Part shown: piece by piece, positions 1-12,400 of the stretch
How the letters are laid out: each line of letters starts with the position of its first letter
Numbering within the stretch: position 1 is the stretch's first letter
Source of the DNA: Takakia lepidozioides
Lineage: Eukaryota > Plantae > Bryophyta
Direction: 5' to 3'
DNA: 64,000 nt
Assembly (NCBI GenBank): GCA_030704615.1
Contig: CM060732.1
Location: forward strand, 79,236,001-79,300,000
The notes under the pieces: model-generated
Databases searched by the model: none
What the model was told of the DNA's origin: nothing
Seen by the model: only the letters and a program-made list of their open reading frames with translations
Position numbers and translations under genes: made by a program

Positions 1-500
1 TTGTGGGTGTCCTCATTGCGAATGACTGCATCTCCTTCACGCACAACAAACATGTCATTGCTGATGAACCCCCGCTCGTGGTTGCCCTGTGCAGAGCGTA
101 TCCGGCTGCAACCATGTCTGATTGCACAAACTTGTGTAGCTCCCGCTCCTCTGCTCCAGTACACCACGGCCTTGTGACTGAACACCTTGGTCCCCGGGGC
201 TGTCTTTGGCTGTGTTCCAAGCCTAGCTTTCACCCACTTTGGTATTTCAACTACAGCTGCAGAACTGCTGGCTCCAACAGAGTTCTGACTGTCCAAGGCG
301 ATATTGAGGCCCTCAATGCCAACTACAGCAGTCTGTTGTCTACTGCTAATGCCTGACTCCCAGTATGCAATCAAATCGTCCAACTGTTCTCCACTCAAAT
401 CAGTCTGAGTTCCTTGGGAAACATAAATCATGTCCCCTTGTGTGCACAGACTAAGAGAAGAGACCTGCACTTCAATTACGTCCTCATTTCCCCCAGCCAT
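1..500 (-). CDS. Putative unknown ORF in the 5' leader of a split-repeat Gypsy element; runs off the window start
   Basis: Manual translation from ATG at 500 gives MAGGNEDVIEVQVSSLSLCTQGDMIYVSQG...AVIRNEDTH with no stop before base 1. It lies downstream of terminal repeat B1 (835-1183, minus). No domain recognised. Confidence 0.3.
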   Translation of the reverse strand, partial: MAGGNEDVIEVQVSSLSLCTQGDMIYVSQGTQTDLSGEQLDDLIAYWESGISSRQQTAVVGIEGLNIALDSQNSVGASSSAAVVEIPKWVKARLGTQPKTAPGTKVFSHKAVVYWSRGAGATQVCAIRHGCSRIRSAQGNHERGFISNDMFVVREGDAVIRNEDTH

Positions 501-757
501 GCAAGGAGTACATCCACCAATTTGTCTCTCATATAGACCAGCACAGGTTCTAGAGACAGGATTGTGGATCTTTCATGACACACTCACACTCTAAAAATTC
601 CATAGATTTTTAGCAGAGTCCCCAAAACAGAAACCATATCTATCTAGGTAGATATCCCCTTTCTGCAGCTATCCCCTCAAAAACTTGGTCAAACAGAGTC
701 CATTTGACAAAGATATGATGAATTTGGCTCCAAATCATTCAAATTAGATTAAAAAGG

Positions 758-759
<2 letters not shown>

Positions 760-802
<43 letters not shown>
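760..802. repeat. Poly(T) tract (poly(A) on the element sense strand)
   Basis: About 43 consecutive T. A related A-rich tract follows the B1 repeat at about 44592-44614. Confidence 0.9.
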
Positions 803-834
803 CTGAAAGGTTTTCAAGGTTTATCTCTCTCGAG

Positions 835-1183
835 TGATAAGAAAGAACTAAACTCAAATAACAAGAGAAACACAAAACCAACACCATCACTCTTTAAAAT
901 AGAAGTTGAGCCAAGGGCACCCCAAACTATGGGGACTCCACCCCACAACAACCTATCCTCCCATCATAAGCACACTCATCTTCTAAACGATGAAGGAGCT
1001 CGGTCGCGCAGGCTCAACTCGAGAGAGATGAGCTGCGCGACTGCCGCTCTCGTGAAGATAAGACGGTTCAGGTGTCAAACTAAACTTGACACCTGATTTA
1101 ACACTTGACCTAAATCCAAGTGTTAAATACAAATAACTAGCTTTATTCTAGTTGTTTTCACACTGTGCTTATTTAACTTGACA
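835..1183 (-). repeat. Terminal repeat B (subfamily 1), left end of a DNMT-Gypsy-family element extending off the window
   Basis: Reverse complement of 58788-59137 and 44155-44489. On the minus strand it starts TGTCAAG, ends TTATCA and is followed by CTCGAGAGAGAT. Confidence 0.85.
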
Positions 1184-1618
1184 AAGTAATTAGATTGAGG
1201 ATTCGTCCTTGGAACTTGGTATTAAGATACATATGGTTATGGTATGGATACTTCATTCCCATTTGCAGGGGAAGGGTAAGGGTTTAGACGTAACAATGGC
1301 GTAGGGTTTTGTTTAGGGTTCCCGACGAGGGTTTAGGGTTTGGGTTGAAGGCAGAAATGGTGAGCATACATGCCAGAAGACTCGCACTCGCTACAACTTA
1401 GTGTTGTTAGTAAGGTAGTACTAAGCAAAAAAAAATGAAAACCTAATATTATGGAAGTGTAGTCATTGCATCGGACAAGTATTTAAATGAAAGACTCGTA
1501 CTTGGAACCTGGTATTAAGATACATAGAAAGCAAAGTTCGATAAAAAAGGTAAGTGCATGTCAATCCAAACCAAAGGCAAAACCTTGCGCAAGGTGAAGG
1601 ACGAAGAGATTTGAATAA
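1184..1618. repeat. Degenerate satellite-like repeat, continuing at 20570-21330
   Basis: Shares GGTTATGGTATGGATA, GGGTTTAGGGTTT and ACTTAGTGTTGTTAG blocks with several copies in 20570-21330. It is split by the 1619-20569 insertion. Confidence 0.7.
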
Positions 1619-2039
1619 TGTCATGGTTTTAGTCATGGTTATCTAGAATTACCTACTTCTAGTTAACTAGGACATTTTAGATATTTATATTTATATTTTG
1701 TGTGTTGGGACTTCATTTGGTCTCACATGCCAAGTGAGGTGTCGAGCCTCACTTGAGACATGGAGATAGGTTTTCCCCTTGTGAGTGTTGAGGAGGCTTA
1801 TCTTCTTGTAGTTGAGCCTCCATGAGCTTCTCTCACCTCCATAGCTCTAGGTATTGAGAGGGAGTGCGTTGAGGGCTTTGTAGGGTGGATTCCTTTAGCA
1901 AAGGTGCCCTTGGCTTGACTTAGTTTATGTGATAGAGTGGATTTCACTTGGAAGGACTAGGGCTTGTTCTTCATGTGATTGCTTCATGCTTTGAGAGCTT
2001 TTATTGTCTTCTACTTCTCTCATTTCTCATCTCTTATCA
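1619..2039 (+). repeat. Terminal repeat B (subfamily 3), left end
   Basis: TGTCATGG...CTTATCA. The 5' half matches the reverse complement of 26567-26761 and the 3' half matches 20268-20484. Confidence 0.85.
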
Positions 2040-3520
2040 CTACAAGAAGATCACGTTATGCTTGTGAGTGCGGAGTGTAAGGATTAGTTTTGCACTTGTA
2101 TTTTAAAGAGGTTGAGAGCTAGGAGAATTTAGCTCTTGTATCACAAGGCTTGCAAGAGGTTGCAAGGAAAGGTGCTCGAGTATTGCATGCACCAAGGAGT
2201 TGGAGAGCTTGAGAAGAAAGCTCTTGAGTCACAAGATTTTGCAAGGATTGTAAGGAGGAAGTCTTGTGTGTGTGGAAGCATGGATTCTAGGGTTTGAGAG
2301 TCCTTTGTATGCATTATGGAGTCGATGGTGTGCGCCATGGCTTGTGGAGAGTGACTAAAAACTTGTTAGTGCTCATTTCACTATCAAGCTAGGGTTAAGC
2401 AAGTTCAAAGTGTGGATGTTTTGGAAGAGAAGCCAAAGAGCTATATATGCTTGGGCTTGAAGACAACAAGGGCAAGCACTTGGAGAGCACTAAGAAGCTC
2501 AAGAGGTTTTGAAAGGGAGCATGTGAAGAAATCTTCCAATCATGGTGGTGTGGAGCCAAGCTTAGGGTGCCATTGGAAGGGCTTAAAGAACATGTGGTGG
2601 GAAATCCTTGAAGGGAAATCATCATTCAATGTATGCACAGCTTCACCCTAACTATGTAATGTGACAAGAGGGGGAGGCAATACTTGGCTATTCATGCTCT
2701 TGGTAGTGCGAGCTTTGTGGTGGATAGTTGACCAAGCAAGTGGTGCATGTGTGGAGCATGCTCGCTTGAGTTTGTAAGTTCAAGTTTGAGAAGGGGAGCT
2801 CTTGAACTAGCAAGAGGTGAAGGCCTTTGAGATCCATTTGTGTGTGAAGTGGAGAGGTGTTGATTCATGTTATGATGAAGGAGAGCAACACATAGGCCAA
2901 GAGGTCATGAAACATGCGTTCAAATGACCACGGGGAGCACATGGATGATGGATTGGTGCAAGACCCAAATGAGGCATATGGCGTGAGAGTGGGATCCAAG
3001 GCGGATTGCTGGAGCATTATTGTAAGTGACAAGCATTGCTCCTACACATTGAGATAATTTGTGTTGATTTGGAGCAATTGTCAAAGGATGAGGAGACAAA
3101 TGCATGATTGCTCGGCAATGGAGATATGATAGTTTGCAATCAAATCCCAAGGACTAGAAGGGGGATTGATTTGGTGGACAATGACTTGCAAGTTGAGTTG
3201 GACCACTCTTGGTTACACATTGGGGTGGAAGAGAGCAAGAAGATGCCTTTTATGACCACCTAGAGACCATATTTTTGCTTGAGTAGAAGCATAGAAGTCA
3301 AGGACTTGCATTCTAGCTCTTCATTACAAACCCTAGTAGTGTATGCTCAGACCATACCTCTGTTAGTATACCAGACAAGAGTGTCGCTCGGCTTTTACTC
3401 ACCCATCCCTTCGCTATTCGAGGCGGAAACTCCAAGATAGAAGAGTTGGAAATCTCTAAGTACTCAGCCCGCGCAGAACAATCAGTCATGACCTACAGCT
3501 AGTGTATCATGGGGGTGTTT

Positions 3521-4453
3521 TGTCGCGCGGCTTTTACTCACCCATCCCTTCGCTATCCGAGGCGGAAACTCCAAGATAGAAGAGTTGGAAATCTCTAAGT
3601 ACTCAGCCCGCGCAGAACAATCAGTCATGACCTACAGCTAGTGTATCATGGGGGTGTTTCCTATGCGTTTCCCTTTCCGCATTCATCTTAGCTACCTTTG
3701 GCATTGATAATTAAGTATCAGTTTGCTTCATCAATCTATCGGTTTCCTTCACTCATCCATTCAATCCACAGCTTCTCTCAGATCTCTCTACACAGTGTGA
3801 TTGTATCGTATAAGTATCAGATTATGATTTATCAGGTATCAGGCCGGAGCCATTGTGTCTCTAATCTGCTCTACAATATATAACAGCTTTGCATGTATCA
3901 AGCATCTACTCATCATCTCTCCATCTCTGTCCGATCTCCGCTCCAGCCTGACTCAGAAGTCCTCCTCCGAATAATGATGATGATCCCCCTTCATTCCCCG
4001 TTTCTCCCTTTATCCTCCTATCCGCGGTTCTAACCGTTTCCCTCTCTAACCGTCGTCTGTGAACTAACATGTTCCCTTCACAGGTGTTGTTCCCCACAGT
4101 CGTTCCCTGTCCTACTCTTCGTTCCCTATTATCGTGACAGCTGTGTCAAGCGGTGACTGGCTGTGTTTGGCTGTGTCGGGCTGTGACTGGCTGTGTGGGC
4201 TGTGTCGGCTGTGACGGGCTGTGTCTGCTGTGTGACTGTGGACTGTGACGGGGCTGTGTGGCTGTGTGGGCTGTGACGACTGTGACGGGCTGTGTGGGCT
4301 GTTGTGACGGGCTGTGTCGGCTGTGACGACTGTAACCCCCTCTACAGTGCGCTGCTGTCACCCCTAAGGCTCCTGTTGGTCTCAGTCTGTGCAAAATTAA
4401 GGGTACCCTACAGATCCCGTATAAGTGTCTAAGTCCCCTACAGTCCTCTAACA
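3521..4453 (-). mobile_element. Solo LTR of the same family inserted inside the 3' LTR
   Basis: Full TGTCGC...CTAACA unit flanked by TGTTT at 3516-3520 and 4454-4458. It is visibly more diverged from 15070-15999 than the interrupted LTR is. Confidence 0.85.
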
Positions 4454-5175
4454 TGTTTCCTATTTGTTTCCCTTTTGGTATTCATGTTAGCTATCTTACC
4501 ATTGATAATTAAGTATCAGTTTGCTTTATCAATCTATTGGATTCCATCAGCTCATCCATTCATTCACAGCTTCACTCAGATCTCTCTACACAGTGTGATT
4601 GTATCGTAAAAGTATCCGATTATGATTTATCAGGTCAGGCCGAAGCCATTGTGTCTCTGCTCTACAATATCATTACAGCCTTGCATATATCAAGCATCTA
4701 CTCATCATCTCTCTATCTTCACTTCCGTTCTTCATCTCTGCCCGATCCCCTCTCCTCCATGACCAAGAAGTCCTCCTCCGAATGATATCCCTCAATTCCC
4801 CGTTTCTCCCTTTATCTTCCTATCCGTGGTTCTAACCGTTTCCCTCACTAACCGTCGTCTGTGAACTAACATGTTCCCTTCGCAGGTGTTGTTCCCCACA
4901 GTCGTTCCCTGTCCTACTCTTCGTTCCCTATGATCGTGACAGCTGTGTCAAGCTGTGACTGGCTGTGACTGCGACCCTGTGACTGTGACGGGCTGTGTTG
5001 GCTGTGTGGCTGTGTTGATGTGACGACTGTGAACACTGTGACGGGCTGTGTAACCCCCTCTACAGTGCGCTGCTGTCACCCCTAAGGCTCCTGTTGGTCT
5101 CAGTCTGTGCAAAAATTAAGGGTACCCTACAGATCCCGTATAAGTGTCTAAGTCCCCGACAGTCCTCTAACATTA

Positions 5176-5188
5176 CCCCTTCCCCCTC
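5176..5188 (-). promoter_or_regulatory. Polypurine tract
   Basis: GAGGGGGAAGGGG on the minus strand, 3 nt before the LTR start TGTTAGAGG at 5172. Confidence 0.85.
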
Positions 5189-5202
5189 AAAAAGCCGTGT
5201 CC

Positions 5203-8200
5203 TCACGGTTTACTGATTTCGACTAGCAAACCTTTGTGAGTGAGCACCTTTTTGACGTTGAGAGTTTCGTGGCGGACTGTGTGTACGAGCCCGAGGTCTG
5301 TCTCTGGTTGACGGAGATGGTTGATCACTACCTGGATAAGTGAGGCCCTCTGGAGGCTGATATCGAGGTAACCTTTCCGGCATAGGAGACCCCCGTCGCT
5401 TCTTCTCTGCCATCTGAATTGCATAGTCTTCTCCCATGTCAAAAGAATTGTGAAGAAACAGTTGTATCAGAATCCTCATCGCCTCTCAGGTGTTTTAATT
5501 TTCGAACTTTTTGTGGAATCATCTGGGGCATACAATGCTGTCCTACCATGTCTGGAAGTTTGTATTTTACAACTTGGTGTAACCGCTGAACAGCAAAATT
5601 GGTGTAGACACTGAGCTCCTTGTCTGTCCAGGTGAGTGGGGTACCAATTACTGGTGCAGCGTGCAAGTATTTCCATGCCACATGTCCCTTATAGAAAATG
5701 TCATCAATGCCGAATTTCTGTGTTGACAAATGGTTCCAGGCCGCTTGAAACCATGAACGAATTTGAGAATCCTTTTGCATCATAACTTTTGGTCATATAG
5801 GTACATATGAGGTGGCACCGAAGGTAATACCCAATGATCTCCACTGGAATAACTCAGAAAGCGTGTTTGCATCTTTTGTTGCTCAATGTGGTAACGTACC
5901 AGAAAACAAGCAGCGTAGTATAACCCGCCCCATGACAATACTTGCTACCTCCTTGGTCTTGGTATAAATGAGTCCATGTACAACCTGGAAAGCAATCAAT
6001 TCCCTCAACATGGTACCTGCCTCGTGCCAGTATTGTGCAAAGTGATGATCTTCAATATGTCGATTGTTGGAAGAACTTTAGTCCTAGTTGCCACTGGCAG
6101 CCAAATACGCATGATTGGTAGTAATGTGCGAATGACTGCGGAGGACTAAATTCTTTCCAAGCCAAATCCAACATGATGGGAATTTGGTTGAAGGGCATAA
6201 TCATAGCCCTACTGTACTCCCTTGCAGCTGGAGTTTTAGGTGGGTTAAAAGCGGCATTGCCCCATACCTCCGGCTGTGGTGGCTGTGGTGTGGTTGTAGT
6301 AACCACAGGTTCAGCTACTGGTACAGTGACTTGTTGTGGTGGTGGTGGTACTGGCTCTTGTATCATTGGCATCTCCTGCACCTCCTTGAGACTGAAAGCC
6401 AAATTCTGGCTTGTAAATAAGAAGCCATTAGCTGTTCCTGAGGGATAGACTCTTTGTTTTGAAGTGCTTATCTTGATCAGCTTCAATCTGCCTGTATTGC
6501 TTGAAAGTATCTTCATTGCGACAGATTGTATTCTTCATATCGACAATGAGCTTCATTTGCTCAACATTCTCTTCTTCTGCCTTCGTACATTTTTCCGCTT
6601 GACTGTTTATTTCTTTTGTAGATTGGTCAAGCATAGTTGTGAATGTAGCACATTGTATCGCCATCCTGTCATGCACTGTCTGCAACTCCGTATGTAGTGC
6701 ATTCACTTCTTGCAACTTGCTTTCATGCTGCACCTGCATTTGGTATAGCTGTTGCTTATGTGCTTCGTGCAACTGGTCTTGCGCGAGGCCTGCCTCAATC
6801 AATTGTTCCTTGGCAATTGCAAAGCCATTTCTGTATTCCCAAGTCCTGCTGCATCTTGAGAGTGACCTCTTCATCGACCTTGTTTGCACACTCAGTGGCT
6901 AGTCGAGCCTCAAACTCCTTCCTGAGTTCCTCTTCAAGGCTGTCAATTGGGTAATTGGAACATGGGATTTGACATAAGTCCCCAACAAATTAAGTGTCCT
7001 GCCTATGGAACTCATCAGCATTGCCTGTTGAGGGTCATCATGGTGAGGTTGCTGCTGTTCCTCCTGATCTTCAACAGTGTGATGTCTCACGAACCATTCA
7101 GGCCATTGTCCCACCGGATTTTCTTCCTGAACTACTTCATCTATCACCGGTGCTACAGTGTCATGACCTTCCGCCTGTGGTACCTCCGACACAGGTGTGT
7201 GTATTATATGCACCTCAGGATTTCCCTTGGGCAACTGTTGCACCTCTGGGATCTCTGTCTCCTTGACCAGACCAGAATATTCATAGAGAAGGTCCCCTTC
7301 TCCATTTCTGCCACTATCTGTTCTGTAGTTGGAATATCTAACCCTTCTCTTTCCAAATCAATTATTTCTGGTTGAGCTGCATGGATAACTTGTGACCTTG
7401 TGACAAGTCGTTCAGTGGCTGTGATGGTTGTGATGCAGAAGTAACTTCCTCCTCCCTCTCTGAAGGTCCTGCTTCCAGTAATAGCATTTCTCTGTGCTGC
7501 TGTGCCCCTTCCTGGCCATGAGCTTGGGAAACATTATCATGCGGAATCCGTGAAGCCAGTGGATCCGCCACTACAGTCTTTCCCCGTCTCTGCCTCTTAG
7601 TCTCGGGTTGCCCTGCTAGTCCACCCTCACTGTGTGAAGAGCCTTGCTCTTCCATTGCAGTTGTTTCTGGCTCAAACACTCCCATTTCCTTTCTTTCTTG
7701 CGCATAAGTATGCCAGAATCAAGGATTATTTGAGCAATGATTGGGCCAGACACTATGATAGGAGACTTTGCGGTAGTACCTTGTAATCTTTTCATCTCCT
7801 CTACCAGTGCGTTGTACATTATGTCCGCCCATTGTACCTCTTGTCCCTTCAGGCCTTTGAGTATTTCCTCCGTGAAGGATCTGCTCAAATACTGTTGGTT
7901 CTGTTTCATGGCAATCAGAACGTTCAATACCTGGCCTACCTCTTTTACCCTGGGTACACAGCCTTGGTACAAGCATAACCTGAGTTTTAAAGAAACTCCC
8001 TTCTTGGAATAAGTCCCTATTTGCAGTCTTGCCCCTGTTCCTCCACATGCACCTGACCTGCTGGCAATCGAAACAAACACCAGGTTGTTGTTCCTGTCCT
8101 TGGCTCAAAGTTCTGCAAAAATTGTAACATGTACTGTCTATGGTGTATGTCCAATCTAGGCTTTGCAATCCTTGCAATCTCAGCTCCTCCAGTATCTGTA

Positions 8201-8265
8201 TCGCCCTGGGTAGCAATCGTTTGTTTCTGCAGAATTGTGGTGCTCTTCACCCTGATTTCCTCCAT
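5203..8265 (-). pseudogene. Fragmented extra ORF (about 1000 codons) between pol and the 3' LTR
   Basis: Chain of overlapping sense-strand ORFs: 8017-8265, 7719-8216, 7616-8080, 7362-7685, 6899-7243, 6428-6889 (coiled-coil-like), 6052-6516, 5439-5783, 5210-5479. No domain confidently recognised. Confidence 0.55.
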
Positions 8266-9423
8266 TTCTCACTCTCTTCATTTTAGACTCACAGAACTGT
8301 TTTGGCTGTAACAACTGCAGGAATGCCTGTAGTGCACAAAGCATAAACGTATGGTTGCCGCAGAAAGCTATGGGTAATTCTTGTAAGCCTGCGGGGCTTG
8401 CAAGCATCGCTCAAGAGAAAAGCTCCGCTCTGTCCTTTTTCGTCTATGCCACTGCGTAAGTAATATTGCGAGCGTATAGTCTGTTAGTTCCTCCATAGTT
8501 TCCAATATAGCATTGATGGTCTGTCCCGTCGAGACGCCCGTTACTCAGAACGACGCCGCCTCTTGCGCTCAATTCCCTCCATTTTCTTGATCCTTTCTCT
8601 GGTTTCTATTGGCTGTATCCGCTGTGACTGGATTTTAGATTTTATTTTCTTTAGTGGACTTTCCCTGTTGGATAGTCCACTAGGATCACACATGTGACAA
8701 GAATTCCGCTTTTCTGTACTTGCCGTTCGTTCCGTTTCCCTTTTTCCGTATTCATTAATGGGCCCGCCTTTCATCCCTTTTGACGGCCGTTCTTGTCCTC
8801 TTTCTTTTTGACACCTGTTCTTGCACTTCCTTCTCGGCTGTGTGTCGCGCCCTGACCTCCACGTGTCTATTTTTAAAGTAATTTCCGTTTTCTTCTTCCG
8901 TCAGCCATTTTCCTGAAGTTATTATGCGTCCACTTGTCACTGATTCTATGGATCGTGTAACTTTAGTAGGCTGTGTTGAGCTGTGACAGGCTGTGTCATA
9001 CTGTGTTACGCTGTGATAGGCTGTGATGCACTGTGGTAAGCTGTGATAGGCTGTGACACGTGTGGTAGGTTGTGATAGGCTGTGTTTGCTGGGCTGTGAT
9101 ATGATGGGCTGTGATGTGTCACGTCGTGATGGGCTGTGATATGATGCCCCTGTGATAGGCTGTGTCACCATGGGCTGTGATTGTCACGTTTGTTTTGCCC
9201 CCTGGTCATATATGCTGGGCCTAGCGACAAGTGCTCCATACTCCGTTCGTAACACTGGTGCAGCCCGTGACTGCTCTTGCGGTTCAACATGCAAATCATG
9301 CTGCAAGGGTTTGTCATGGATACCACTGTACCCCTTCGGCATTGACTCTTCCCAGCATTTCTTTGTTAATGGTTTGTAACATGGCGGTGTTGTTATCATA
9401 CATCTTTTGTATGACATAAGGTC

Positions 9424-12400
9424 CTTTCCATGGTGATTTAAGCTTAGAAGCTTGAATCTTTCCTTTTCTTCTGCAACCATAGAACCAAATCCCCCGTCTT
9501 AAAAGTCTTTAACTTGCCTTCATCAAACTGTTCCTTTCGCTTCATCTGAATTCTGGTCATATTATCAGCTGCATCAGCACGTACTTCTTCCACATGGTAT
9601 AATTCATGTTTCCTGACCTTGATGGAGTCTTGCAATTCCATTCTTTTCCCCACTCCGTTCTCATGGTAGGTAACAGGAATTCCACTGGAAGTAAGGCTTC
9701 CATACCATAAACTAATTGGAATGGTGTATACTTAGTGGTGACTTTATATGAAGTCCTGTATGACCACAAAGCTGTCAGCAGCTTTGTATCCCAATCCGTT
9801 CTGTTTGCATTGACTATCTTAGCCAAGATAGTACATAGTATTTTGTTGGTAGCCTCTGCCTGCCCATTACCCTGTGGGTAATATGTTGTACTCTTTCTAT
9901 GCACAATCATAAACTCTTTAGTCAACAACTCAATGGTCTCATTCATGAAGTGACTTCCCTGATCACTGATAAATTCTAAGGGACAGCCAAATCGTGTAAG
10001 TATGTTCTCGTACAGGAACCTTGCTGTGGACTTGGCTGTGTTGTCCCTCAAAGCTTTAGCTTCCACCCACTTTGTAGTATAATCAGTGGCTGTAATTATG
10101 TACCTGTTTCGTGTATTCTTGGATGGTGGGTTAATTGGTCCAACAAAGTCTAGTCCCCATTTCTGAAATGGTTCCGTAGGCATTGTAGGATGCAAGGCCA
10201 TCCTTCCAGATCTCTGCAAAGGTCCTAGCCTCTGACATTCATCACACTTCTGACAATACTCGTGTACATCTTTGAACAAAGTAGGCCACCAGTATCCTGC
10301 GAGTAGTATCTTTCTACTGGTAGTCTCTTCTCCAAAATGACCTCCAGCCACTCCTTTGAACTTCCGCCAAAACTTTATTTACTTCATGGTGGTACAAGCA
10401 TCGTTTTAGTACTCCATCAGGTCCTAACTTATACATTCTGCTTCCTACCATAGTATAAGGTAAAGCTTTGATAGCGATTCTCTTCCTCTGCTCCTTACCA
10501 ACTAGGTGGGCACTGACCATGAGCAAGGTAGTATCTGATTGGCCACTGCCAATCTAACCAGTCATCTGCACTTCCCTGCACCTCCACTGCAAAGAGACTC
10601 GCATCTGGTAATTGATCATCTATTCCTGTGGCGGTTCTCCTGTTGTCGTGACAAATGATCCGCCACAAGATGCAGTCTCCCAGGCTTGTAAACAACCTCG
10701 AACTCAAACTCGTGCAAGATTATCAACCATCTTGCTATTCTTCCGCTTATCAGAGGTTTGTTACCAGGTATATCAGAGCCTGGTGATCCACATAGAACAT
10801 AAACTTCTTGCCCAACAGGTAATGCCTGAATTTCTTCACTGCATAGATCATTGCCAATGCTTCTCTTTCCGTTGTGCTATAGTTCCTCTCAGCACTGTTC
10901 ATCAACCGGCTAGCATAGTACACAGGTGAATATATATCCCTGTAACATTCTGGGCTAACACCGCTCCCAACGCTTCTCCTGATGCATCGCAGTGAACATG
11001 GAATACTACATGCCAGTGAGGGTTAATCAGCACAGGTGTAGTTGTTACTGACAGTGTAAGTTCCTCAAATGCCTGTTGACATTCAGCTGTCCAGGCAAAC
11101 ACTGCATCTTTCTTCAGTAGTTTGCTCAATGGTGCTGCTATTTGTGCATACCTTTTGACAAATCTCCTGTAATAACTGGTTTGCCCAAGGAATCTCCGTA
11201 GACTTTTAACATTCACTGGTGGTGGAGAGGCTTTAATGGACTCTGTCTTTCTGGGATCCACAAGGAGTCCCTTCTTACACACAATGTGTCCCAGAAGCAC
11301 CCCTGAGTTCACACAGAAAGTACACTTCTCTGGATTCAGGCCCAGACCTCTCATCCTGCATCTGGCCAAACATAACTCCAATTTATGCAAGTGCTCACTC
11401 TTAGAGCTGTACACACTGAAATCATCCAAGAATACCTGCATGAAATCATCCAGATACTCATGAAAAGATTCACTTATCACTCTCTGAAAGGTCGCTGGTG
11501 CATTACAAAGTCCAAAGGGCATGACTTTGTATGCATAAGCCCCCCAGTCTGTGATGAAAGCTGTTTTCCTTGGTCTTCTTCTGCCACTTGCACTTGATTA
11601 TAACCACTGAAGCCATCCATGAATGAGTACATCTCATGGCCTGCCACAGTGTCTAATACTGCTTCTGTGAATGGCAAAGGGAAAGGATCTTTCTTCGTAC
11701 AAGCATTCAGCTTCTTATAGTTCACACATACTCTTAGTTTGCCATTCTTCTTGGGAACTATAACAATGGGTGACAACCAAGTTGTATACTCTATTGGGTA
11801 TATAAACTTAGCCTCAGCCAACTTCTTTATCTCTTCTCCAACCTTCTGTGCGTAGTTGGGATTCATTCTATACCTCGCCTGCTTGATTGGTACTGACCCT
11901 GGTTCCAGTTCAATCTTATGCTGACAGACTTCAGGTGGTATCCCTTTTAGATCCTCATAGCTCCAAGCAAATACATCTCTGTATTTGATGAACAAGCTTT
12001 AGCTTCTTCGAAGAATTCCGGCTCCAAATCAGCTCCTACTTTCACCATCCTCGGTTCCTCTTTAGTTCCCACATTTACTTCCCTCACCTGCTCATCAGCT
12101 GTGATTGTCCAACCAGTCACCACTTCATCCTGTAAGCTCACAGTGGCTGGTTCTTCTAGGATTTCTATTTCTCCTTCTCTTTTCATAGAAATGTGATGGG
12201 TAAATGCTGGTTTCCTCTTCAGTTGGTGTTGCTGTCACTACACCACAGCAGATACCTCTCAAACAACTTAGGCTTTCCAGCCGCATCTCTGCAACCTGCT
12301 CCCACTCTGGGTGTGCAGCAAATAGGGTAGCTTCCTGCTCCTCATCCAGTCCTCCTTTCCAGTCATACTCTCTGACTCCTCGAGGTCTTCTTGTAGCAGG

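Noticed and set aside
760-802. Poly(T) as a LINE/SINE tail
   Set aside because: It lies inside the leader just after B1 and the primer site, a similar A-tract follows B1 at about 44592, and no TSD or LINE body is seen.
1280-1345. Interstitial telomere array
   Set aside because: Only isolated TTTAGGG-like motifs within a longer satellite-like unit.
3906-4454. His/Ser/Gln-rich ORFs in LTRs and GGCTGTG tracts (also 15670-15939 and 19661-20107)
   Set aside because: These are translations of microsatellite-like repeats. Most other short antisense ORFs in the track are likewise shadows of TE coding regions.
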